Positions 38,701-50,600 of a stretch of 64,000 nt of DNA are shown here, piece by piece; positions within the stretch are counted from its first letter, which is position 1, and each line of letters opens with the position of its first letter. The translations under genes were made by a program, and so were the position numbers. Under the pieces are notes generated by a model. The model made no database searches and was not told where the DNA came from. It saw only the letters and a list, made by a program, of their open reading frames with translations. The stretch is from the NCBI GenBank assembly GCA_004431415.1, contig QPMI01000005.1:1116001-1180000 (forward strand), in the 5' to 3' direction. Source of the stretch: Cyanophora paradoxa CCMP329 (lineage: Eukaryota; Plantae; Glaucophyta).

Positions 38701-40181
38701 GGGGCCGGGCCCGGGACGGGCTGTACCGGCTGTACCCCTGGAGCCCCGCGGAGGCTCGGCGGCGCTCATCGAGCGCACGCGGCAGCTGCTGAGCCGGCGG
38801 CGGGAGCCGTCCGCCGGCCCCACGGACGAGGAGGAAGACGAGGACGGAGCGGATGACGGGTTACCGGCCTCGCTCACGCGGCCCCGGCGGCGGGCGGCCC
38901 GGCGGACCGCCGCCAGCTCGGGCGGCGAAGAAGGCGGCCCGGCGGGCAGCAGCGGCGGCGAGGGCGGCGGCGGCGGGCGCGGGGCCGCGAGCTACGCGCG
39001 GGCGGTGCGGGCGGCGGCGAAGGAGGAGGCGGCCGCCACGCGCGGGCGCGAGCGGGAGCGGGAGCGGGATGGACGCGCGGCCGGCCGGCCCCAGCGCGGC
39101 GTCTCCCCCAGCGACGATCTGATCGCGCGCACCCGCGAGGCCCTCTCGCGGCGCCGCGGCCAGTCGCCCGGCCCTGCGCCCCCGCTTCCCCCGCCCCCAC
39201 CGCCTCCGCCTCCGCCCGAGTCGGCCCGCTCCTCCTCCGAGAACGTGGCGGCGGCCATAAGGAGGGCCCTCGGAGACTCGGCCCTTCAGGCGGCGCAGCG
39301 CCGGGCCGGCCTCAACGGCCGCGGCAGCGGTGGGGGCGATCGCGACGATCGCGAGCCCGCCTCCAGGGCCTCTCAGCCCTCCCAGCCTCAGCCGCGGGGC
39401 CGGCCCCTCAGGCCAGAAGAGGAGCGTCGGCCGCAGCAGCAGAGGAAGAGGCGGGAGGAGGAGGAGCCGCATATGAGGCGCAGGCCCGACAAGGAGAAGG
39501 AGGAGGACGAGAGGCGGCGGGAGGAGTACCACGACATGCTCCTCCGGCGCCGCGAGCGCCGCCTTCGCTCCGTGTTCGGCGTCTGGCGTGCATACGCCGA
39601 CGTCGTGCGCCGTACCCCCCTCCCTTTTCCGCTAACCCCGCCCGGCCTCGCTGACTCGCCCTGGGGCGACAGAAGCGGCAGCAGGCCCCGGCCGCGGCGG
39701 GGGTCGAGACCGCGTACCACGTCCCCGTGTGGTCCTCGCCCCCCTCCCGCTCAGGCCTCCGCTGGCGGTTCGCCCGCCTCCGGACGCGCGCGGCCGGCGC
39801 CGATTTCTAAGCTCTCTGTTGCCGCAGGGCCGGCACCGACGCGAACCAGCGCGCCGCCATCCTCGCCTCGATCTCCTCACAGGCCCGCCCGCTCGCTCCT
39901 CCCGTTTCTCTTTCCAACGCCCAACTAACGTCCGTCCGCAGGGCTCTTCCAGTGGTCGGCATCGACTGCCTAAGGACCCGGCGCGGGTCGGGGCGGCGCT
40001 GGGTATGGGCCCCACGGAGCTCGCGAGGCTGCTCACATCAGCGGAGATGGAGGCGGCGGCCGCGGCGCTGCGCATGCAGCGGGCGCGCACAGGGCGGGCC
40101 GGCGCCGCCGGCGAGGAGGCCGCCGGCGCACACGCGTCGCCGGGGCGGGCGCGGCGCCGGGCGCCGAACGCCTCTTTCTAA
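29704..40181 (+). CDS. Large low-complexity/coiled-coil protein with Sfi1-like Trp repeats (putative centrin-binding); start uncertain and may be more than one gene
   Basis: Consistent + strand splice signals. Repeated L/M-x3-F/L-x2-W-R/H motifs: 'LGDAFFGWR', 'LGKCFLFWR', 'MRRAFLEWR', 'LRSAMGAWH', 'ERGAFAAWR', 'LAWALRTWR', 'LLGALAAWR', 'LRSVFGVWR'. E/A/R-rich coiled-coil exons at ~34000-36000 and a Pro/Ala-rich block at ~30900-33400. Confidence 0.6.
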
Positions 40182-40540
40182 AACTGTCAAGGCCGTCGTT
40201 TCAATGTAGAATTCCATAGCATCCGAGCTGCGTCGGCGCGCGCGACCAAGCGGGATCCTCAGCAGAGCCTAGAAGTGCCGGGCGCAAGCGGGCGCAGGCT
40301 CTAAGCATGAAAGCAAGGCTGGGGTCGGTGTGCGTCGCGCACGCGCACGGAGGAGCCAAGAGTGCTTGCAATTGGCACTCGTTGCTGCTTTCGGGGGTAG
40401 GGAGGTGCCCGAGTTCCTTCCCCCCGCCGGTACCTGTACCCGGTGGTGATTGCGATAGACTGACTAGGAGACTCGACTCCGGTACAAGCCGTCATTTGTC
40501 TTAGCGCCCCGTTCGTCGCCAGCTCTCCCCAAAAGCACAA

Positions 40541-41089
40541 ATGGCGTTCACCACCACCTTCTTCGGCGCTAAGCCCGCGGCGTCCGTCGCCCGCTTCGAC
40601 ACTGCCGCCGCGCCCGCGGCTGCTCCCCAGCAGTCCGGCATTGAGATGTCGGCCCGCAAGTTCAAGGTGACCGTCGTCATGCCCGCGAAGAAGACCGGCG
40701 AGATCCGTGACCAGACCAACGCCCTGTTCACCGTGCGTTCCGCCGCCGCGCGCCGGAGATTTTTCGCAATCGCCAGGCAATCACCGCGGCTGACCGGCTT
40801 GTTCGATGCAGAACACCTACTACACCAAGTACGTCGACTTCACCAACTGGTTCCAGGAGCAGCAGAAGATCCAGGTTCGTCGGATGGTCGGATCGCTCGC
40901 GTCGCGCCCCCGTCTCGCCGTGCTGACGATTGCCGCGCTCGCGCACTGTCGAGCAGAAGGCCGGCGGCAAGATCCTCAAGGTCAAGATCCAGAACGGCAA
41001 CCGGTGGACCGTCGGCAACGTGAGTCACAACCGACCCGTGTAACCGCCTTGCGTCGGCAGCGGCTGACCGGCTTGTCTCGCAGGCGTAA
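40541..41089 (+). CDS. apcC: Allophycocyanin-associated small core linker (ApcC, CpcD/ApcC domain), nuclear-encoded with a plastid transit peptide; 4 exons
   Basis: Spliced product MAFTTTFFGAK...GIEM-SARKFKVTVVMPAKKTGEIRDQTNALFT|NTYYTKYVDFTNWFQEQQKIQ|KAGGKILKVKIQNGNRWTVGN|A* matches the ApcC signature NTYFTKLVPYENWFREQQRIQKMGGKIVKV. Confidence 0.93.
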
Positions 41090-42134
41090 GCGTTCCCGTT
41101 GAGATCTTTTTCCTTTCTCCTTCCCTTCCACGAGGCTGCCCCCCGATTTTGGTGTCTTAGTCCGCGATGTGTTCTGGCAGTCAACACATCGTGGAGGCTA
41201 TCGCATAATACTTGCTGCAATTGTAAAGAATTAGGATCTTTTTGACGCGCGACCTGCCCAGCCCCCGAGCCTCGTAGGGCGGAGCAGGTCGTGGGCGCTT
41301 GGTGGTTCTAGAACTTTCTTCGAACGGCGGGAGAGTGGGGCTGGATGCTGTGGTCTTCTTACTCCTCCCATCTAGCTTCTCTTTCTTCTGTGGACCGCCG
41401 GCCAGGCCGGACGCTGCGCCTCGAGATCCATAGATTCACCCTTGCATCAGCTTGCAGAGTGGCCTGATCGAGATCAAGTATCTCTCTCTCTCTCTCTAAA
41501 CTGAGCATGCACAGAAGCGTCTCCCTCACCTTCTGATTGCATACGCACGTATCGAAATGGATCGAGCGTTTCACCTTCGTGGAGTGGACTCGGGTGTTGC
41601 GCGCTATGCGCCCCAGTCTCTCTCGGCGCCGGCCCGGGGCCTGCAGGACATGCCGGAGTCCCTCGGGGCCTGCGCCGGGCCCGAGCCCGCCATAGCCATA
41701 TATATAGCCACCCGCCCTAGGCCCCACCCCGGCCGGTGAGCCCGCCCCTAAGCCTGACAGGGCCTAGTCGATCCCTCGATTCCGAACCCGAGCGCCCTTG
41801 GGGCACTGCGGCATGTAGTAATGATGCCATGATTAGAGAGCTGCAGCTGCCCGGAGCGGGGCCCCCGCCCAGGCATGCATCTGCAGGGCTGCCCAGCGCC
41901 GCCCAGGGCCCCCGCGCTCGAGCCTCGGAGGCCGCGCCGGCGCCAGCCGCCCCGCCACTGCCACCGGCCAAGAAGGGCCGTGGGCGGGGCCCACGCCGCA
42001 GGCCATACCGTAGTACGATAGAGAGCGCGCCAGACCGCGGTCCGCCTGCTCGATCGCGAGCCTCGAGGAACGATACGATCAAATTCAAATAATCCGACTT
42101 CAGTTCAAATTCAAATTCAAATTCGAAAAATCAG

Positions 42135-43871
42135 TTAGCGGGAGAGGGCCTTGAAGAAGGAGGAGAGGCCGGAGAGGAGCCCCCCGGAGCGGCCCTGCCC
42201 GGGCGCCGCGCTGTTCAGGATCTCTTCGATCCGGTCCGACGCCGGCTTCTTCTCCTCCTGCGATCGAATTCGGTTGCGAATTCAAATTCAAATTCAAAAG
42301 CTCGAGGGCTCGGGGCTCGGACCTCCGCGATGAGGCGGTAGTCCTCCGGCTCCTCGATGTGCACCATCCAGTTCCGGGGGTAGATCTTCAGCAGCGCGTA
42401 GTTGTTCACGGCCTGGCATGGGCGAGGGATATCAGCGCCGCGGGGGGTGGGGCGCGCGCGCGGCCAGGGTACCGTACCTTTACGTAGTAGGCCTGCTCGA
42501 ACGTGTTGAGGAACCTGTGGGGAGGTTGCAGGCGCCGCGCGCGCACGCGCGTGAGCGAGGCGTGTGTGCGCGTATGCATGTGCGAAGCCCGCGACGTCGA
42601 GGCGCGCGCACCGCTCGCGCAGCTGCCGCGCCGCGTAGCCGATACCGACGACTTGGAGGTCCTGCGCGCGGCGTCGGCGTGCGCGTCGCCGAGCGGCGGG
42701 CCGGCCGACCGCGTACGCACCTCGAGGTTCGGGTTGAAGATAATGACCGGCCGCGCGTTCGGGAGGGGCTGCGCCCGCGTCAGCCCCGCGCGCGCACGGC
42801 AGGGGCCCCGCCCGCGGCCAGAGCACCTGCTTGGTTTCGGGGTCGATGGGGCACATCTGGTTCACGATCTCCTCGACCTCGTACACCTGCTCCGCGGCCG
42901 TCGCTCAGCGGCGCTCAGCGGCCCGCGGCGCGGCAGGGGCGGCAGGGGGCGCGAGCCTGGTACGAGTCCGGAGCGACGATGAGCAGCGCCGTGTCCTCCT
43001 CCTCGAGCTTGTCGCCCACGGCAGCGACGCGGAACGGCGCGTCGCCCTCCCATTCCTTCCGGGCAAGCGCGGCCGCGCCGGCGTCCTGCGCAGCGCATCC
43101 TCGGCGGGCGTGCCGGCGGCGCGGCCCGCGGCGCGCATGCTGATCGCACCGGCATCATGACCTTCAGGCCGGAGCCGAGGGGCTCGAAAGCGCGGGCGTA
43201 CTCGCGGACGATGGGAACTGCGGCACAACAGCGTCGGCGGCGCGCCAACGCTGCGGCGGCACGGGCCGCGGGCACACTCGCAATCTTAAGGCCGCCGAAG
43301 GTGTTGAGCAGCTCCGGCAAGAAGATCTCAACCTGCAGGCGCAGCTTGCCTTCGTTGAAAGGTGCACGGGAGACGGTCAAGGCGCGCGCGGCAGGAGAGG
43401 GCGGCGAAAGCTGCAGCGGTGCGGAGCGAAGGATATCCGACTGGGTCGCAACCTTCGCTTGGAAAACGCCCTCCTCGAGGGAGCAGGGCATGCGGATGTC
43501 GATTGTGCCGTCCTCGTTCAGCGGCTGGACCGGACCGCCCTCTGCATGCCCGCTCGTCACGTGATCAAGAGGCGGCCGCTCGACGCCGGACCTCGCAGCG
43601 AGCGGTAGAACTCCTCATACTGCGCGTCCGGCTCCACTTCGCATCGAATCGCGGGGCGGGCGGCCGCACGCTGCACGAGGCGCGCCCGGAACTGGATGCG
43701 GCCGGCCGAACCGGAGAAGAAGGCGCTGGGCGCGAGCCGGCGGCTGGAGCCAGCCGCAGCGGAGGGCCCCGCTGCCGGCTGCCGGCTGCAGGTCGTGCCG
43801 GTCGTCCGCTGCACGCGCGGACGCTGCGCGGTCGGGGCCGCCAGCGGGGCGAGGAAGGCGGCGCCGGACAT
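42135..43871 (-). CDS. Plastid-targeted DUF1995 family protein of cyanobacterial type
   Basis: Transit peptide 'MSGAAFLAP...AIRC', then 'PCSLEEGVFQAKVATQ', 'RLQVEIFLPEL', 'DAGAAALARKEW', 'RPVIIFNPNLE|DLQVVGIGYAARQLRER|FLNTFEQAYYVK', 'YPRNWMV'. Stop at 42135-42137. Confidence 0.85.
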
Positions 43872-44656
43872 TTCGATTAGATACCCGGCGCCAGAGGCCA
43901 ATCGTACCCCTAGATTTCGGGAATCCTGCGTTCGCAGGCGGCGGTTGCTCAGTTGAATTTGGCAGTTACGAGGACTTCGGAAGTTCGTTCGGATCCGGAA
44001 TCCGGATTCGAATTCCGGGCGCGGCGCCGGCTGCGCACGCAGCGCAGCCGCTCGAAATTTTAATCGTTACACGTAAATTTAAGAAGAGAAAACAAAAAGA
44101 GAATTCGAACGTTTTTTTTAACGAAGCGGCCTTCGGAGCGGGCGCGAATTCGAAATCGCCACGCGCGAACGAAGCACGCGCGCGGAGCTGCAGCTGCTGG
44201 CCTCCGTGGCCTGCCACAGGTTGCCGCAGTGCCAGGCCTGGCCATCCATGGCCAGTGACCACATAGATCGCACCATTCGCGAATGATCATGAAGCATTCA
44301 GTGCTTCTTTTGAGCATCCGTGGACTGTAGTATCGGCCGAGGTACCGGTGAGCACTTGAGAGCATCGATAAACAACGCGCGCGGTGACTGCCGGGCCGCG
44401 TCGCTTGCGAAGGGGCCGCTTCCAAATTCGCAGGTTTATAGTTAGAAGCCTTGATCGCTGCTGACGCAGTGAGCAGCTGCACTTTTCTGCGCCGGCCTTG
44501 CGTCGGCGCTTCAGCCTGGCCGCCGCCGCGCGTCTGTGCCGCAGGCACCTTCAAGGCTTGGTCCAAGCCCATGGTCAGCCCATCGATATCGTTAGGCATA
44601 GCGTAGTCGGTGGGCTGTAGGCTGCCCTGAGGCGCGCGCTCGCGCCTGCCGTCGGC

Positions 44657-47600
44657 ATGGCTAGTCCAGGACTTCACTCAGATCGAGACGTGGAGGCACC
44701 GCTCCCCTCCGAATCAGCGGCGACTCTCTCGCGCGGCCCCGGCGAAGGGAGCGGTGACGGCAGCAGCTCGGCGGATGCATATGCCGCATACTCCGAGTCG
44801 GCCGCGGACGCCGGCTCCAGGCTGGCGCTCGTGGTCCAGTCGCCCTCGCCGGCCCTGAAGGGCCAAGCACCCGTCACGGCGTTCGGGCCGGTGACGGCGG
44901 CGCAAGGGGAAGGCGACGACGCGTCGAACGCCGGCGGCAACGCCAACGCGGGCGAGTCGGACCGAGAGGGTGCGCCCGTTGCTCGCGCGGGTGCGCGTCA
45001 CTTTCTCACGCCGGACGCACACGCGCCGCGCGCGCGCCGGCAGGCATGAGCGGGCTCGCAGCGTTTTCCCTGGCCGGCAAGCCGGCCTCGCCTTCCCCTA
45101 CACCGCTGAACGTCGTGAGCGAGGACGTGAAGCGGCGGCGGCGGGCCGCGGACCGCGCCGAGCGGGCGCGGAGCCGGAGGCGGGCGACCCTGGGCGGCTG
45201 GGCGGCCTGCCGCCAGCGGCTCTTCTCCATCCGCGGGCTCGTAATACTCGTCTCCGTGATCCAGGTGCCGCCCCGGCCGCGGAGGTGCCGGATCAAGTCT
45301 AGATCGAGATCTAATCTGTCGTGGCCAGGTCGGAGGGGCGGTCGCCTTCAGCTGGGGCCTGACGTTCCTCTTCGGGCGCATGAACGTAGAGTCCCTCGGG
45401 CTCTCCCTCGTGCAGGGTGCGATCCAATCTAATCTCAGATCTAATCTCTCTAAGAGTTCTAGATCTGGGGTTAGTCTAACGGGGCGTTCTTTGAATTCGA
45501 TCCGCAGACATGCACCACAACGCGGCCGCCCAGGTCGCGGTCAGTCGGCGTTTTAATTCGAATTCCTTCAACCAGCTGCAGTGCTCGCCTGCAGCTGATT
45601 TGATTGATCGCCACTCGCAGAACCACCTGACGACAGCCAGGACCCTCGTCCTGCGCACGAAAGCGGGTGAGACAAGCGACCCTATCATTCCTATCGGATG
45701 CAGCTGTAACTCACGATCCCATGTTCCCCTCCCCCCCCGCAGAGTTCGACTCGGTGCCGCCGAAACCGCCTCCTCTACGCGCTCGCACCGGTACCCCTTC
45801 TGACCCCTTCTGATCAGGGGCGGCTCTCGCAAGGCTCGTGGCGGGCTGTGCTGGAGACGTGCAATCAGGTCCGGTCCCGGCCTCTTGATTCGATTTAATT
45901 CGATTTCTGACTCGACAGAACCTTGGCGTGCAAGCAGAACCTCGCGCTCCACCCAGCGACGCTCACGACGTACGTGCGGTTCACCGACAGGAGCTTCCTC
46001 GGCGCCGAGGTGCCCTAGATCTATTCATAGTTCGGTTTAATTTCGACCTCTACATGTTCGATTTCTGACTCTGCTGGCCACGGGCCCTCGTTCTCGAGTG
46101 CAGCGGTGCGACAAGGCGGAGGGCAGGTGCCCGACGGGGTACTGGAGCACAGTCAACAACGGTGCGATCTTAAGCTAGCTATAGCTTCAGCTACTGTTGG
46201 AATTTGCTGTACATGCGGGGATCTTAATTAATCATTAGCTAAATCTAGATGATGGTCTTTGAGATCTGAGCCGCTGATCTCATACGAGCCCAGGCACGTT
46301 CCTGTCGTTCTTCTCGGCGACGGAGCGGGGACAGCCCGTCGAGTTTCAATTCGGGAGCCCCTTCCTGCCCCGCCCCAACGACTGGTGCGGTAATCGAAAT
46401 TCAAGCCTAGCCACCCGATCGCGACTCCAAGCTTACAATTGATTATTACTACAAGTGATCTTCAACACAATAAATTCCAGTTATTTCTGGCGTGCAATCG
46501 GCTGACCCTCGAAAACTTGTTATTAATCAATTGCAGAAGCAGCTGAATTCTATCTAAAATTCGAGCGCAGGTACGCCCAGACGATGGCGAGCCCCGTGAA
46601 CGCGACTTGGTCCGATTTGCGAACGTCCGCCAACCCCAAGGCAGGCTCCAATTTGATCCGTTCTCAACTCTGTTCTTAACCTGTAGCGAACACAATGGCA
46701 CGATCCTCTAAGCTCGTTGTTAACCTAGAGCTCATGGCACGATCTTCTAAGCCTATGATTGCTTTGATTCGTTCTTAGACTATATATAGCCGATGGAACG
46801 ATTTTCAAGATTGTCTCTAATTGATTTGCGCAGACGGACCCGCTTGAGAACCTGGTGGTCTCGTTCTCGGCCGCGATCCGCCCGCGCCTGACGGTGGAGG
46901 CGGCTGGCGGGCCCGTGCCGGCGAACATCCCGGGGGCGGCCCCCGCGCCGGCCCCCGCCGGGTGGGCCCCAGACGCCGAGAGCGGCGCTCCGCCACCACC
47001 CGTCGCCGGCGCCGTCGGGGTGAGCGATGTTTCGGTTGACACATTAAATAATCTGGTACTACAGTTAGGACAGGACACGTAAGGACATAAATCAGATTCC
47101 GGGAGGGACACCTAGCTAGCTGGGCGATCGACACTCCAGGCGCCGGCGCCGGCGCGCCCTCTACCTGTTTGTTTGTCCTCCTCTAAGAAGACCTCTTATA
47201 AATATGACACCTAAGAAGCTAGCGCCCTCTCACTGTTTGTTTGTTTGTTGTTATGATTAAATTTCGCGGCAGGCGAACATCCCCGTGGGGACGCTGAGCC
47301 GCATCCTGGCGCGGCTTGCACCTGTTCCCGAGGCCCTCATCCTCCTCACCACCTCCGAGGGTGCGCCTACATATTCTCCTGAAAAAGATAGTATATATTC
47401 TCCTTAAAGAGATAGTATATATTCTCCTTAAAGAGATAGTATATATTCTCCTTAAAGAGATAGGATATATTCTCCTTGCGATCGAGAAGCTCTTTATCCA
47501 GCGCCGCCCGCTTTCGCTCACGCCTCGGGTTCGCAGGGCGGATGGTGGCGAGCTCGACGGGGGCGCGGGGGGAGATCCTGGACGAGCGGCGGGCGGCGAT

Positions 47601-50600
47601 CGCGGCGGGGGCGAGTCCCAACGCCCTCGCCCGCGCCCTCTTCGCCGAGCTCACCGCCGTCAAGGTAACTAACTCGCCTTATAATAGCTTATGCTCGAGG
47701 GATAATGGGGATAGTGCTAAAGGTTAGGCTTATATATATATGTAATGAAATCTTAGTGAAGCTATACCGTCGGAAGTCGACATTGGGCGGTGCTATAGCT
47801 TGCTTCGCCTGGCTGAACGCCTCCCCCCTCCCCCCCCCCCCCCCCCCCCCCTCGCCCCCGCAGGAGAGCGAGCAGCTGGCGTCGTTCCGCTCGGGCGGGC
47901 GCGACTACTTCGGGAGCGTCGCCGGAGTGCACATCGACCCGGACCTCGACTGGCGCATGTGCGCCCTGCCCTGCCTGCCGCCCGCTTCAAGCATTAATGA
48001 TCCCAGCACAAGCTGCTAAAGGGAGCGTCGTTCGCATGAGTAGGATTCGGAATTAGCTGTTTAAATCAAGACGAGACTACGATCTATTAACTTTCCTGAT
48101 CTGACCACCGAGCCGATTATTGTCTGATCTAATAATTTCGGGGTGGTCTGGCAGGTTCGTGGCAGTACCCCGGGACGTCCTTCTTGCCCAGGTGCGCCAG
48201 CGGCCGGTCCTGATTCGATGCGGTTCCGGATCCACCTGGCGGCACCCGCCCCCGCGCCCCGGCTCGCGATCACTCGCTCACCTGAGCCTCAGATCAACGC
48301 GGGGCTCACGTGGACGACCGTCGCCAACTCCCTCTGGTACGATCTGATCTGATCCGATCCGATCCAATCTGATCCGATCTGATCTCCCGACACCGCAGGC
48401 TCCTGCTCTGCGTGGTCGCCGCCGTCGCCGTCTCGTGGATTATCACTAAGGCGCGGCGCGCGATCGAGAGCTTGCTTGAAGCTTTCCAGGCTATACGCTA
48501 AAACTCTCGCGATCGCGCCGACATATGCTAAGACACGCTAACGTTGTGCTAAGAACGTGCTAACGCTCGCGTTCGGTTCGCTGCGCAGCCGCTGGCGGAG
48601 CTGCGGGGCTCGATACTCCTCCTCGCCCGCACCATGACCTCCGTGACCCGCGAGCTCCGCACGAATGCCCACGCCCACGCCAGCGCCGCCGGTAAAAATC
48701 CTTCATTATTTTAAAGTTGCTATAGAACACCTGTCGCGAGTGCAAGCACGGCTCGCCCGCGGCCGAGAAGCCTAGGGCAGAGTCTCATCCGCCCCTCCAC
48801 CGCCACACCTTCTACCGCCACACCTTAGCTACCTTAGACTATCTCTCTGCCCACACCAACGCCGCTAGTGATCATGAGCTCGATCATTAGCCTCGAATCC
48901 TGCCGCGCGACTCACTGAAGTCAATGGCGTCGGTGGTCATGGCTCACGCGCACATACGGGCCGGCAGGCGCCGGGCCGGCATCGTCTTTCCCCGGGGACG
49001 CCTCGCCGCGGGCTGGCGCCGGCGCCGGGATCAGCATCAAGAGCAAGCGGGCGTGGTTCAAGCCCCGGAGCTGGCTTGAGGGCGGCGGCAGCAGCAGCAA
49101 CGCCGTGGCTCCTGCCCCGGCCCCCCCGGCCCCCGACTCGCAGGGCGCCGGGACGGTCGGCCGCCGTACCTCAGCCATCGCCAGGTGCCCTCACGCCTGA
49201 GCTCTCGTATCTGACTTCGGGGGGGGGGGGGGGGGCGGGGGGGGGGGGCGGGGGGGGGGGGGCGGGGGGGGGGACAGCCTTAATGGCCTGCGTTCCCTTA
49301 CTTGCCCTCCGGAACTTCACCCGAGTCACCCCCCGGCTAACAGCCCCGCCGCCACGCAGCACGAACACGAGCGACACGGAGGAGCCGGTCGCCGGCACGG
49401 GGGGCACCAGCTCCCCCTACACCGCCGCCGCCCGGGTGCGTGCGCGTGCGGACGCCTGAAACGTTAACTGAGCTTCCCAGAGCCCGAACGTAAGCTTTTA
49501 AGCTGCCTGAAGCTTGCACTCAAAAATCTTGAGCTTCCGGAGACTAGATCTAGAGATCTAGGCACGCGGAGCCTGGCTTGGGCCAAGGCCCAGCGCGCCT
49601 AGGCCTTCAGCGCCCACAAGAGAAGAGGGGAGCCCCCGACCCGAAGCAAACGCGGCCGCCGAGACGAACGGGCTGCCCACAAGAGATCTGAAGGCACGGC
49701 AGTCGCGGCACTTCGTGGCGCTCAACACGGGCCTCTCGGAGCTCTCCGCCTTCGAGAGGTGCCCCCCCCCCTCTCTCTCCCCCCCCCCGCGGCCCCCTCC
49801 TCCCCTTCTTCTCCCCCCTGACCCCCCCCCCCCCCCCCCCGCGGCAGCCTGATGGCGGATGTTCACTCCCGCTTCACCGCCTTCCAAGAGGTCCGCAAGG
49901 CGCCCCGCGAGCTCCAATATATATGCTCGATCATGATTGCTAACAGCAGTGTACTTCTAAATCTATACTTAAGCTTCATCTAGAAGATCAGTCTCCCGGG
50001 TCCTAATGTAAGATCCTGAGATCCGAAATTCCAAAACAACCGCGCCGGGCCGGCGCAGCTCTCGACGACGGAGACGGCGCTGCTGAAGACGCTCCTCGCG
50101 GAGCGCAAGACCAAGCTCGAGATGGAAGTCCGCAGCGAGGAGTGCGCACGCGCCCGCCCGCTTCTTGAGCGGGAGCACGCCTAGCGCCTCCGGCACACCC
50201 CGCTCCTATAGCTAGCTGGGAGCCTAGTCCCCCCGCCTCCGTTTCGTTTTGTTCCGCCTCGTTTCGCATCTGACGTGCACTTCGTACACGTACAGGACGA
50301 AGAAGTTCCTCGCAACGGTGTGCCCGGCCCGTCCACCGTCGTCCTCCCCAAGTTCCGCTGTCCCCGCCCCGCCAGGCTGACCCACCCTCCCTCCCCCGCC
50401 CCTTCAGATGTCCCACGAGATGCGGACGGTCCGCCCCCCCCCCCCCCCCCCTTTGAGACCTGTACCCCAGGCACCCTGGGCCCGCCCCCTGACGCGTCCC
50501 CGATCCCCCACCCCACCCCGTCCTCCCGGATACCCCCGCAGCCCCTCAACGGCATCCTCGGTGCGCCCCACCCCCCCTCCTCCCACCCACCCCCCAACCC

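Noticed and set aside
41100-42130. Additional gene between apcC and DUF1995
   Set aside because: No recognisable motifs or consistent exon chain were found. It is more likely 3' UTRs and spacer.
47371-47477. CRISPR-like regular repeat
   Set aside because: The 24-bp units are contiguous with no unique spacers, there are no cas genes, and it lies in a eukaryotic intron.
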